Source of the DNA: an uncultured Lachnospiraceae bacterium
Lineage (GTDB): Bacteria; Bacillota; Clostridia; Lachnospirales; Lachnospiraceae
NCBI GenBank assembly: GCA_910579395.1
Contig: CAJTUC010000019.1
Coordinates: forward strand, 3,535-67,534
Direction: 5' to 3'
DNA length: 64,000 nucleotides
Position 1 is the stretch's first letter, and each line of letters starts with the position of its first letter. The notes beneath the pieces were generated by a model, which had not been told where the DNA came from, searched no databases, and saw only the letters and a list, made by a program, of their open reading frames with translations. Positions 16,828 to 26,204 of this stretch are shown piece after piece. Both the position numbers and the translations under genes were made by a program.

Positions 16828-18306
16828 TTATTTTTCCATCCAACTGTCTTTATAAAAAGCCAGCTGGTTCTTTCCACGCTCTTTCGCCTTATAAAGCGCC
16901 TGGTCCGCCGCCTTATAAAGACTCTCAAAATCTGCACCTTCTTCCGGGAAGATTGCAACACCGATACTCGCCGTAGCAGAATATTTCGTATATTCTCCCG
17001 CCTTAAAATCATGGAAGAAGTTTTCCACTTTTTTCGCTTCTTTTCTGATGGAATCGTCCGCAGATATATTTTTCAAAAAGATAAAAAATTCATCTCCGCC
17101 TACACGGCCGATAATATCCGAAGCCCGGAAAAGCGAACCAATCTGCTGACCGAGTGAACGAAGCACCTCGTCGCCAAAAGCATGCCCCATCGTATCATTT
17201 ATTTTCTTGAAATTATCGATATCCAATATAAACATCATGGAACGGCTTTTGGGATTCTTCGCCATATATTCTTTGATCTTACGTTCCGTTGCAAGCTTGT
17301 TATTCAGCCCTGTCAACAAATCCGTATCGGCCTTTTCTTCCAGCTGTTCCTGCCTTCTGTTATTAAGGACTTTGCTCGCAATATTAATGCCAATGATTAT
17401 GCAGATAAATACCACCGTCACAATGACCAGCTGAATCATCATATTTCTGACGTCCATCCATTGCTGTGCCACCTGCCTGTCTATGTAATCCTGCGAAATT
17501 CCCGTGACCAGTGTCCAGTTGTTGATGCCGACCGGAACATATGTCAGCGCCGATTCCGTATCCCCCATTTTCACGGTGGAAACAGAACTCACACGGTTCG
17601 TAATGCGGGTCTTCATTTTCTTGACCGCATCCTCATTCCCGGCTCTCAGCACATCATACAGATTATCTCCCTCCTTCCAGCTGTTCCCTGTACCCGAAGC
17701 AAGCAGAAGCGTACCATTTTCATCGATTAAAGCTACGATATTCCATGCTACGAAATCATTCTTCTTAACGACCGCCTCAAAATTATTCAACGGGTAAAAC
17801 AAAAGCATGTGCCCAAGACCTTCTTCATATCTGACAGGAACGTTGGCAACAACAGCCTTATGCCCCTTGATTCCGTCATCCGGTACAAAATGATAGGTGG
17901 ATTCTTTTACCGCATTCATTTCCTCAAAATATTCCCATTCGGCCATGGAAATTTTTTCCCCGGCATTATCAATGCCTTTTCCCTCTTCGTCCAGCATATA
18001 AACCGCATAGGCTCCGGAATACCTCATTGCGAGCCGAATCGTTTTCAGCGCATAGACAGACTCTACCGATGTCTTATCTTCCATAAGCTCCGCTATCGGT
18101 TCACCGATTGTCGTAAGAAGCGTGAGCTGTTCCCTGAAATTATCCGCACAGGCGCCCGCCGCATCCGCCATATTCCTCGTGACTGTATCGTTCGCGCTCA
18201 GCCTGCTTTTAGTGATAAAGTTAAAAAGCATGATTGCGAGCACCATGAGCAGGATTCCTGCCGGGACCAACCACTGCCCCACTATTGTTTTCCTGTTATC
18301 ATCCAT
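16828..18306 (-). CDS. membrane diguanylate cyclase with an extracytoplasmic sensor domain
   Basis: Two TM segments flank a roughly 260-aa domain. C-terminal GGDEF (RVGGDEFFIFL). Start chosen at the ATG at 18306, with GAGG 6 nt upstream and an ATGGATGA overlap with the yesL-like stop. Confidence 0.85.
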   Translation of the reverse strand: MDDNRKTIVGQWLVPAGILLMVLAIMLFNFITKSRLSANDTVTRNMADAAGACADNFREQLTLLTTIGEPIAELMEDKTSVESVYALKTIRLAMRYSGAYAVYMLDEEGKGIDNAGEKISMAEWEYFEEMNAVKESTYHFVPDDGIKGHKAVVANVPVRYEEGLGHMLLFYPLNNFEAVVKKNDFVAWNIVALIDENGTLLLASGTGNSWKEGDNLYDVLRAGNEDAVKKMKTRITNRVSSVSTVKMGDTESALTYVPVGINNWTLVTGISQDYIDRQVAQQWMDVRNMMIQLVIVTVVFICIIIGINIASKVLNNRRQEQLEEKADTDLLTGLNNKLATERKIKEYMAKNPKSRSMMFILDIDNFKKINDTMGHAFGDEVLRSLGQQIGSLFRASDIIGRVGGDEFFIFLKNISADDSIRKEAKKVENFFHDFKAGEYTKYSATASIGVAIFPEEGADFESLYKAADQALYKAKERGKNQLAFYKDSWMEK

Positions 18307-18982
18307 TGTTTTCCTCGTTTCCTTCATCTGCCTTTACGGAAAATTCTTCATCTGAAACAATCGCCTGCTCTTCCGGCTCGAATTTCTTAAAGATTCCGCT
18401 GTATAAATAAGCAGAAGCATAGGCCGGCGCCGAAATGCCGAACAGAATAACAAAAATACCGGCATAACTCGAAAAATACAAGATTATCATAGGAAGTGCC
18501 AGCAATACGATCATCAGCAATGTTTTGGGTAAGTTCAGGATCGCCATGCAGAAAGCATTCTTTATGGTATTCTTTACCGTATTATCGAATCTGGACAAAA
18601 CCGGGAAAATATATACCGCTACCATCAAAAAGACGATCGCGATCGCCAGTATCGCTATCATCAGAATAGTCGGGAATTTTACGCCCGAATATGAAAAAAT
18701 CAGGAAATCCCCCACATATACGACAATCACAAGAAGCATGAGCAGCCATAAAATGGTGGCCTGCCTGAAATTCTGCTTAAAGGATTTAAAAAACCCCCTG
18801 ACCAGATACCCTTCTTCTCCCCGTACCGTTTTCAGAAGAACATAGTGCATTCCCGTGCACGCCGCTCCAATCGTAAATATCGGAATACAACAGATTATCA
18901 TCAGAAAATTCAATATCATCAAATCGGCTATCCGATTCAGCACCCGCATAAACGGGCTGTCCAAATCAAAAATCTTACTCAT
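18299..18982 (-). CDS. YesL-family (DUF624) membrane protein
   Basis: N-terminus SPFMRVLNRIADLMILNFLMIICCIPIFTIGAACTGMHYVLLK is typical of the family. Multi-TM. Confidence 0.75.
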   Translation of the reverse strand: MSKIFDLDSPFMRVLNRIADLMILNFLMIICCIPIFTIGAACTGMHYVLLKTVRGEEGYLVRGFFKSFKQNFRQATILWLLMLLVIVVYVGDFLIFSYSGVKFPTILMIAILAIAIVFLMVAVYIFPVLSRFDNTVKNTIKNAFCMAILNLPKTLLMIVLLALPMIILYFSSYAGIFVILFGISAPAYASAYLYSGIFKKFEPEEQAIVSDEEFSVKADEGNEENNG

Positions 18983-19058
18983 AGAAATCCCTCGTTTTGT
19001 TTATTTTTATATCCTTTTTCATGTTCTTGCTTCTGTCTATTATAGTACATAATTTTCT

Positions 19059-19106
19059 AAAAAAACCAGATGATTGACAAAATTTTATAAAAATTTATCA
19101 ATCATT
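19059..19106 (-). terminator. AT-rich hairpin plus T-run, probable terminator of the HD-GYP gene
   Basis: AATGATTGATAAATTT..AAATTTTGTCAATCATC followed by CTGGTTTTTTT on the minus strand. Confidence 0.5.
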
Positions 19107-19116
19107 TTGAAAATGT

Positions 19117-20373
19117 TTACATTTTAAAGCGTTTACTTACCAGCGCATACTGAGAATTCAGCATTTGATACATTTTCATGACCTCTGCCGATTCCGTCTG
19201 CACACTCTGCATAATATCGTCATAAGAATTGATAAAGGTATTGACGATCTGTCTGTCCAGACGGTCCAAAGAAGCCTCTTCGCTTAAATTTTCAATCACC
19301 TTTTCCCTGGGCAGAGGTTCCCTGTAAGCCCTCTCATTCGTCATACCCGTAATCGAATCCGCAACCTGAAGAACTTTCTGCTCCCGCCCCATCTGCTGTG
19401 CCCTCAGCCGTTTCGGATAACCGCTGCCATCTCCTCTTTCGTGGTGGCCGAGCACGATTGACAGAACATCTTCGCGAAGCATATTTCCCAGCACTTTTTC
19501 CGCCGCGTTCACGTGGAGCCTCACTTTTTTAATCTCGTCCGAATTCAGCTTTCTTGGCACTTCGACAATCTCTTTGGGAATCGCCAGCATGCCGATATCA
19601 TGAAGCAATGCACCGTAATACAGCTTTTCTTTCATATCCTCCGTCATCGTCAGCCGGCCGGCCAGCTTTTCACAAATATGTATCGTCGTGATCGAATCGA
19701 TGACAGACTGCTCACTGCGGAACCCTGTACAGTACATGAGCATCTCCAGGAACTTCTTTTTGCCCTCATTGGAAAAAATCATATAATCGATTATATTTTC
19801 CAGTTCTTCTTTATATTCACCCGTTTTCAGCTTCGTGAAAATATCATACTTTTTGGCGGCCTCGTAAAAACGGTTCAGGCCTTCTTCGGACAATCTCGTC
19901 CCTGCCTGCTTATGGAACATCTGCATGTTGAACTGACTTCCCATCGCTGAAAAATAAATATCCATTTTTTCCGCGATATTGATATAAGCCGCAATATCTT
20001 TATAAGCATAATCCATTTTCCGAAGCTGCTCGTAATCCATATGGTGATACATGATGACCTTGGCCAGTTCTTCCACCGGAGACAGATATTTGAAGAAAAG
20101 ATATCCGTAAATTGTATGCGCCCGGCTGTCTCTGGACTCATACCGGAGCATATCGTTCAGCACTCCCGCTTCCGTCTTATATGCGCCAATATCATGCAGC
20201 GTTGCTACCATCACAATATCCGCCAGCTCAAATTCCTCATAGATGCCTTTTTCCTCCAGCATCTTGTATACCATATAGGCAACTCTGGAACCATGATCCA
20301 TCAATCTCGGATGAATCAGCCTCAAAGTATTTTTCATCAATACGAAAATGTCTCTGCTCTTAATATACTCCAT
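19117..20373 (-). CDS. HD-GYP domain c-di-GMP phosphodiesterase with tandem HD modules, the first degenerate
   Basis: The C-terminal module carries LLHDIGMLAIP and HHERGDGSGYP. The N-terminal module has ATLHDIG but lacks GYP. Confidence 0.85.
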   Translation of the reverse strand: MEYIKSRDIFVLMKNTLRLIHPRLMDHGSRVAYMVYKMLEEKGIYEEFELADIVMVATLHDIGAYKTEAGVLNDMLRYESRDSRAHTIYGYLFFKYLSPVEELAKVIMYHHMDYEQLRKMDYAYKDIAAYINIAEKMDIYFSAMGSQFNMQMFHKQAGTRLSEEGLNRFYEAAKKYDIFTKLKTGEYKEELENIIDYMIFSNEGKKKFLEMLMYCTGFRSEQSVIDSITTIHICEKLAGRLTMTEDMKEKLYYGALLHDIGMLAIPKEIVEVPRKLNSDEIKKVRLHVNAAEKVLGNMLREDVLSIVLGHHERGDGSGYPKRLRAQQMGREQKVLQVADSITGMTNERAYREPLPREKVIENLSEEASLDRLDRQIVNTFINSYDDIMQSVQTESAEVMKMYQMLNSQYALVSKRFKM

Positions 20374-20414
20374 GATATTCCATCCTTTTCTTTTACTCCG
20401 ACTGCAGAATACGC

Positions 20415-20888
20415 TTATAAGACAAATTCCATCGGCGTATATTTAATACCATCTTTCTCCTCCTCCGGCCTTAAATCCCGGAACCCGAGTTTATGATAGA
20501 ACGCCACCCCATAAGGAGCCGCATTCACCGTTATTTTACTGATACTCGTCTCTGAAAGCAGATATTCCTGTAAATATCCTATCAGAGCCCGGCCGATTCC
20601 CCGTCTATGATATTTCTCATCTACAAAAAGAAGAGAGATATGCGATGTATTCCGCAAGGTGAGCATGCCGACGATCTGTTTCCTGTCCAATGCTACAAAC
20701 ATCTGATAAACTCCCATAATGAACATACGATGCAGCGTCGTATCCGTAATAAAATCTTCAAAGTTCCGGACCCCCTCTGCCGTATAAACATCCGCCTCGA
20801 ACTGCATGAACGTTTTCCACGCCAATGCCATCGCATCATCCCATTCATCCCGATATGCGCTCCTGATCGGATATAGAACCTGTGACAT
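20415..20888 (-). CDS. GNAT-family N-acetyltransferase
   Basis: Acetyl-CoA binding motif VDEKYHRRGIGRALI. Confidence 0.8.
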   Translation of the reverse strand: MSQVLYPIRSAYRDEWDDAMALAWKTFMQFEADVYTAEGVRNFEDFITDTTLHRMFIMGVYQMFVALDRKQIVGMLTLRNTSHISLLFVDEKYHRRGIGRALIGYLQEYLLSETSISKITVNAAPYGVAFYHKLGFRDLRPEEEKDGIKYTPMEFVL

Positions 20889-20915
20889 ACCTCTCCCTTC
20901 CTTCTATATTTTATT

Positions 20916-21899
20916 CTAACGTATTTCCGTACGATTTACAAGCGGGAGTCCATTTTCCAGCGCATAGGCATTTTCCAGCGTTTCTTTGGCAATCGCCTGC
21001 ATGGCTTCTTTTGTTAAAAAGCCCATATGCGAAGTGATCAGCACATTTGGAAAGGTCATCAGCCTTGCAAGCTTTTCATCATGAATGATCTCGTTGGATC
21101 TGTCCTCATAAAAAATACCCTCTTCTTCCTCGTATACATCCAGGCCGACACCGCCGAATTTTCCTTTGACCAGGCCGTCGATCAGTGCGTCCGTATCGAT
21201 CAGGCTTCCCCTCGATGTATTGATCAGGTAAACGCCGTCTTTCATCTTACCGATAGAATCCTCATTGATAATATGCCTCGTCCCGGAAGTCAGCGGACAA
21301 TGCAGAGATATCACATCGGATTTCCTGAAAATTTCTTCCGGCTCCACATAATCGACTTCGAGCTTCGTATTCGGATAGGGATCATAGGCCAGTACCTGCA
21401 TACCGAATCCGTTGCAGATTCTGATCATTGCCTGCCCAATCTTACCGGTCCCGATAATACCGGCTGTCTTATGATACAAATCTACTCCCATCAAGCCGTT
21501 CAGGCTCATATTGAAATCTCTTGTTCTCCCATAGGCTCTGTGGATATGACGGTTCACCGTAAGCAGCATTCCCATCGCGAACTCCGCCACCGCCTCCGGT
21601 GAATAACTCGGAACACGCAGAATCAGAATTTTATCTTCCGCCGCCTTAACATCCACATGGTTAAATCCTGCACTTCGAAGCAAAATCGCCTTTACCTTCA
21701 TTTCATACAGCTTATCTATCATTTCCGCCGTAATATAATCATTCACAAAAATGCAGACAGCATCATAATTTGCTGCCAGATTAATCGTCTCTTCCTGAAA
21801 GGGCACCTCATAAAAACGGATGTCGAATCCATATTCTTTTCCCATCGGTTCAAACCATATTTTATCATACGGCTTCGTACTGAAAAATGCGATTTTCAT
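20916..21899 (-). CDS. ldhA: D-lactate dehydrogenase (D-isomer 2-hydroxyacid dehydrogenase)
   Basis: MKIAFFSTKPYDK.., AVCIFVNDY, RSAGFNHVD, NRHIHRAYGRTRDFNMSL and GIIGTGKIGQ closely parallel E. coli LdhA. Start at the ATG at 21899 with GGAGAA upstream. Confidence 0.9.
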   Translation of the reverse strand: MKIAFFSTKPYDKIWFEPMGKEYGFDIRFYEVPFQEETINLAANYDAVCIFVNDYITAEMIDKLYEMKVKAILLRSAGFNHVDVKAAEDKILILRVPSYSPEAVAEFAMGMLLTVNRHIHRAYGRTRDFNMSLNGLMGVDLYHKTAGIIGTGKIGQAMIRICNGFGMQVLAYDPYPNTKLEVDYVEPEEIFRKSDVISLHCPLTSGTRHIINEDSIGKMKDGVYLINTSRGSLIDTDALIDGLVKGKFGGVGLDVYEEEEGIFYEDRSNEIIHDEKLARLMTFPNVLITSHMGFLTKEAMQAIAKETLENAYALENGLPLVNRTEIR

Positions 21900-22060
21900 A
21901 ATGACATTTTCTCCTTTTTCTTTTTTCCTATAAAGATATTCCACAAATTTTATTTTATCAAGTTTTTGACTCATTTTATAGGATAAATCTAGTATAAGCA
22001 AAAGAAAATATTTTCATTCCTGCACACAGAAGCCCTTTCTGTGGAAAATTTCTCACAATA

Positions 22061-22090
22061 TAAAAAATCGAGTGCCTGCGCACTCGATTT
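22061..22090 (-). terminator. rho-independent terminator (usable in both directions)
   Basis: ATCGAGTGC-loop-GCACTCGAT flanked by an A-run and a T-run. Confidence 0.8.
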
Positions 22091-22092
22091 AT

Positions 22093-22111
22093 GAGAATGC
22101 CCCGCATTCTC
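22093..22111. repeat. solo GAGAATGC-CCC-GCATTCTC hairpin (P0-type)
   Basis: Same stem sequence as P0 of the long repeat. It lies between the DUF1002 gene stop and its terminator. Confidence 0.8.
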
Positions 22112-22152
22112 CATGAATAATATTTCCCTTACGAAAAAACTCCTGAAACTTT

Positions 22153-23091
22153 TTAAGAAAAAAGATTTCTAAAAAATTCCGATACGGAAGTCTTCATATT
22201 TTCAAAAAAACCTTTGACCGCCGATGTCAATGCGCTCTCAACCGCTTCATTGATCGCCTCATTCGCATTCTCCACAATGCTGAGTCCATATTTTTCATAC
22301 AGAGCCTGCGCCTGCTCCAGAAGATAATCCGCATTGAGCCCAAGTGAATCCAGTTTCTTCAACAATGCAATGATCTTCTGTTTATCTTCTTCCGTCAGGC
22401 TGATACCGAAGGTCTGCTCGCCTTCCGCGATTGCTGCCCGGATGCTCTCTTCGTCGCCAATATCCAGCTCTCCGCCCGCAACTTTTCCTTTCAGCCATGC
22501 AATCAATGCTTCCGCCTCATCCGAACCGGACTCACCCTGTATGCTTTCCGCCAATTCTCCTGTCGTGATCAGTTCATCCAGCGCCGTATCGAGCAGCGTA
22601 TCCGATACCGTTTCACCCGACATCGCTTCGTATGCTTTCAACGCTCCGATCAATCCCGCCGTCCCCGAAATCGGCGTCGGTCCGACGACCAGCACATCCA
22701 TATCCTTCATTCCGGCAGTCAGCAGCGCATTCCGGTACATCCCGGTAGTACAGTAATTGATATTCTGGGTCGTTACTTTAACGCCGCTGCCTTCCGCCGC
22801 CTTCGTAAGCTTTACACTGGATAAAGATTTGCTCCCGATGACAGAAGCGTCCAGATACGCATCCAGATACGCGTGCTCTGTCTCATTCGTAATGGACAGC
22901 ACCGTACAGTCCGCCAGTTCAGCTTCCGTCAGCCCCATCAGCTGCAGTACTCCAGCCCGCTGCTCCGCAGACAGGTCAGCTCCCAGCACGACAACCGTAT
23001 CTTTCGTCTCCGCTGCCTTTGCCGTCATTCCCGTGATACCACAAAGCAAAAGTATCAGAAATGCCGTAAAGGTTCCAAACCACTTTTTCAT
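22153..23091 (-). CDS. secreted DUF1002 (YpuA-like) protein
   Basis: Signal peptide. N-terminal VVVLGADLSAEQRAGVLQLMGL.. pattern recalled from the YpuA family. Confidence 0.65.
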   Translation of the reverse strand: MKKWFGTFTAFLILLLCGITGMTAKAAETKDTVVVLGADLSAEQRAGVLQLMGLTEAELADCTVLSITNETEHAYLDAYLDASVIGSKSLSSVKLTKAAEGSGVKVTTQNINYCTTGMYRNALLTAGMKDMDVLVVGPTPISGTAGLIGALKAYEAMSGETVSDTLLDTALDELITTGELAESIQGESGSDEAEALIAWLKGKVAGGELDIGDEESIRAAIAEGEQTFGISLTEEDKQKIIALLKKLDSLGLNADYLLEQAQALYEKYGLSIVENANEAINEAVESALTSAVKGFFENMKTSVSEFFRNLFS

Positions 23092-23127
23092 AAAATTAAC
23101 CTTGCCTTCCTCATAGTGCTCTCCAGC

Positions 23128-24063
23128 CTAGCTTATATGTTGCAAAATCCACCGGTAAATATCTCCATAGACCTGCTCTCTGTCAATTTCGTTCAACAAT
23201 TCATGGCGGTCCTTTTCATACAATTTCATCTGCACATTCTGCATACCATGCTCCTGATAGGAATGATATACTTTTTCAACGCTCTCCCCATAATTCCCGA
23301 CCGGGTCATCCGCACCGGAAACAAGCAGGATTGGGAGCTGCTTCGGCATCTTCTCCAGTTTTCCTTCATCATAACAGTTATGAATCAGTTCAAAAAGCGC
23401 CGCAAAGCCATTCAAGGTAAATACGAAACCGCACAACGGATCCTCGATATAGCGGTCCACATTCTCCTCATTTCTTGAAAGCCAGTCAACCGCTGTTCTG
23501 GCGGGTTGGAACCGATCATTGAACTTGCCAAAAGATGCCTTATCAATGAACTTGCCGACATGTCTGGAGCCGCAGAATACTTTCTGAACTGCTGTGACTG
23601 TTCTTGCGGTCATCAGTGTAAACTTCGACTGCATTCCTGTACCGACGATGACAGCGCCGCCTACACCGCTCCCATAGTTGAACAGATAATTTCTGGTAAT
23701 AAAAGAGCCCATGCTGTGCCCCATGATCAGATAGAGAATCCCGGGATACTGCTCCTGTATGATTTTCTTTAAACGGTGTACATCCCTCACCAAAACGCCC
23801 GCTGCATCCTCTTCGCAGAAATAACCGTATGTGCCGCCATCCGGCACCGACTTTCCATGTCCAAGATGATCTTCTCCCACGACGAGTATACCCTTTTGGG
23901 CCAGAAATTTGGCAAACTCGTCATAGCGTTCGATATGTTCCGCCATTCCGTGTACGATCTGAAAAATACAGACGGGCCTTTCCACGTCAGGAATCCATTT
24001 GACCGCATGTATTCTGTTCTGTCGGTCTCTTGAATCAAAATAGAACTCTTCTTTCCGTATCAT
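23128..24063 (-). CDS. alpha/beta hydrolase (lysophospholipase / monoacylglycerol lipase-like)
   Basis: HGMAEH oxyanion region and nucleophile elbow GHSMGS. Confidence 0.8.
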   Translation of the reverse strand: MIRKEEFYFDSRDRQNRIHAVKWIPDVERPVCIFQIVHGMAEHIERYDEFAKFLAQKGILVVGEDHLGHGKSVPDGGTYGYFCEEDAAGVLVRDVHRLKKIIQEQYPGILYLIMGHSMGSFITRNYLFNYGSGVGGAVIVGTGMQSKFTLMTARTVTAVQKVFCGSRHVGKFIDKASFGKFNDRFQPARTAVDWLSRNEENVDRYIEDPLCGFVFTLNGFAALFELIHNCYDEGKLEKMPKQLPILLVSGADDPVGNYGESVEKVYHSYQEHGMQNVQMKLYEKDRHELLNEIDREQVYGDIYRWILQHIS

Positions 24064-24092
24064 ATCATACTGCCTTTCCTATCAATTTCTTT

Positions 24093-26132
24093 TTAACAGA
24101 TTTCCGCGCCCGCAGTCATTGTTCTCTCCGGTGTCATGAGCGCCAGCTTTCCGTCCGCGTCTTCCGCACACAATAACATTCCTTCCGATGTCATTCCCGC
24201 AATTTCTCTTGGCGCCAGATTGGTCAGCACCATTACTTTTTTCCCGACCATTTCTTCCGCACTGTAATGCTGCTTGATCCCCGATAAAATCTGCTTTACG
24301 GAAGAACCGACACGCACCTGTGAGCAGAGCAGTTTCTTCGACTTTGGCACTTCCCTGCACTCCAGAATCTCTCCCACCTGGAACTGACACTTGTTAAAAT
24401 CATCGTAGGAAATCGTCGCTTTCGGCTCGATATCCATGACATTCTCCGCCTCTGCCTCTTTTTCTTCCGAACCTGCCTCAACGGCTGTTTCTCCTGTTTC
24501 GGTCGCCTTCCGCTCTGCGAACATCGCCTCTGCCTTCTCCATGACTTCCTTGAAATCACGACGTACAAAAAGTATCTCCGGCGCGTCCGTCACCCGGTTG
24601 CCGGACGGATAAAAACTGGATGCTTTCATTATATCCTGATTCTTCGCGCATTCTTCAAGCGTTTCAAAATCAATCAGCTGTGCATGAAGCTGCTCCGCAA
24701 TCTTTGCGGCTGTCTCCGGCATAAAAGGCTCTAACAGACTGGCTCCTGTCAAAATACCGTTCAGCAGATTATAGAGAACCGTCGCAAGCCGATCCTTCTT
24801 CGCCTCATCCTTAGCCAAAGCCCAGGGCATCGTCTCATCAATATATTTATTGCAGCGCTTAAATAATACAAAAACTTCCGTAATGGCATCCGCCACACGC
24901 AGATGGTCCATCTTCTCACGGACCCTTGCATAAATATTTACAAGGACTTCCCACAAATCGGCATCCACATCCTCTTCGATTGCTGCCACACCGACTTTTG
25001 TATTTTCCACGACACCGCCAAAATATTTGTTACTCATGGAAATCGTTCTGTTCACCAGGTTGCCAAGCGTATTGGCAAGGTCGGAATTGAACCGTTCCAC
25101 CATCAGATCCCATGTGATAACACCGTCATTCTCAAAAGGCATCTCATGCAGTACAAAATAACGGACCGCATCCACACCGAAAAAGCTGATCAAATCTTCT
25201 GCATAAATCACATTTCCTTTGGATTTACTCATCTTGCCGTCGCCCTGCAGCAGCCATGGATGCCCGAAAATCTGCTTCGGAAGCGGCTCTCCCAATGCCA
25301 TCAGGAAAATAGGCCAGTATATCGTATGGAAACGAATGATATCTTTGCCGATCAAATGCAGATCTGCAGGCCACAGTTTCCGATACTGCCCTGTACTGTT
25401 TCCATCCGCATCATAACCGATACCTGTAATATAATTCGACAGTGCATCCAGCCATACATAGACAACATGCTTCTCATCGAAATCCACCGGAATACCCCAT
25501 TTAAAAGATGTTCTGGATACGCACAAATCCTGTAAGCCGGGAAGCAGGAAATTATTCATCATCTCGTTTTTCCGGGATACCGGCTGAATAAATTCCGGAT
25601 GGCTGTTGATATGTTTAATCAGTCTGTCGGCATACTTGCTCATTTTGAAGAAATAAGCTTCCTCTTTGGCCGGCTTGACCTCCCGCCCGCAGTCCGGACA
25701 CTTACCGTCCACCAGCTGGGATTCTGTCCAGAAAGATTCACAGGGTGTACAGTAAAGCCCCTCATAAGAGCCTTTGTAAATATCGCCCTGCTCATACAGC
25801 TTCTTAAAAATTTTCTGCACCTGTCTTTCATGATATTCGTCAGTCGTCCGAATGAACTTATCATAAGAAGTATTCAAAGAGTCGCAGATTGAACGAATGG
25901 TTCCTGCTACGCCGTCTACAAACTGTTTGGGCGTGATACCCGCTTCCTGCGCTTTTAACTCTATCTTCTGACCATGCTCATCGGTTCCTGTCTGGAAAAA
26001 GACCTCATAGCCGTCTTTTCTCTTGAATCTGGCAATGCTGTCCGCCAATACGATCTCATAACTGTTCCCGATATGGGGCTTGCCGGACGTATAGGCGATC
26101 GCCGTTGTAATATAGTATTTTCCTTTGTTCAT
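24093..26132 (-). CDS. metG: methionine--tRNA ligase with a C-terminal tRNA-binding (EMAP/Trbp111-like) domain
   Basis: HIGN (HIGH) motif, KMSKSKGN, and zinc knuckle CPDCGRE. Preceded by a Met-specific T-box. Confidence 0.95.
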   Translation of the reverse strand: MNKGKYYITTAIAYTSGKPHIGNSYEIVLADSIARFKRKDGYEVFFQTGTDEHGQKIELKAQEAGITPKQFVDGVAGTIRSICDSLNTSYDKFIRTTDEYHERQVQKIFKKLYEQGDIYKGSYEGLYCTPCESFWTESQLVDGKCPDCGREVKPAKEEAYFFKMSKYADRLIKHINSHPEFIQPVSRKNEMMNNFLLPGLQDLCVSRTSFKWGIPVDFDEKHVVYVWLDALSNYITGIGYDADGNSTGQYRKLWPADLHLIGKDIIRFHTIYWPIFLMALGEPLPKQIFGHPWLLQGDGKMSKSKGNVIYAEDLISFFGVDAVRYFVLHEMPFENDGVITWDLMVERFNSDLANTLGNLVNRTISMSNKYFGGVVENTKVGVAAIEEDVDADLWEVLVNIYARVREKMDHLRVADAITEVFVLFKRCNKYIDETMPWALAKDEAKKDRLATVLYNLLNGILTGASLLEPFMPETAAKIAEQLHAQLIDFETLEECAKNQDIMKASSFYPSGNRVTDAPEILFVRRDFKEVMEKAEAMFAERKATETGETAVEAGSEEKEAEAENVMDIEPKATISYDDFNKCQFQVGEILECREVPKSKKLLCSQVRVGSSVKQILSGIKQHYSAEEMVGKKVMVLTNLAPREIAGMTSEGMLLCAEDADGKLALMTPERTMTAGAEIC

Positions 26133-26204
26133 GTTATCCCTTCCTTTCTCACGCTTTGCAATTCAGAAATTCCGCTTCTTTAAAGCAGCACAATTTTTTC
26201 ATTT

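Noticed and set aside
16629-17012. A 127-aa minus-strand ORF spanning the msmX-like upstream region and the end of the GGDEF gene
   Set aside because: It overlaps the well-supported GGDEF gene in another frame, is basic and low-complexity, and has no RBS. The 230-nt region 16597-16827 is better treated as promoter and 5' UTR, in which I could not recognise a riboswitch.
26146-26155. TTCTCACGCT upstream of metG (and TTCTCACGC at 55141-55149), considered as truncated copies of the long repeat
   Set aside because: Only the 9-10-nt P1 half-site matches. On the minus strand this reads GCGTGAGAAAGGA, which overlaps the local RBS context (TGAGAAAGGAG-like strings occur before many genes here). That is insufficient to call a repeat remnant.
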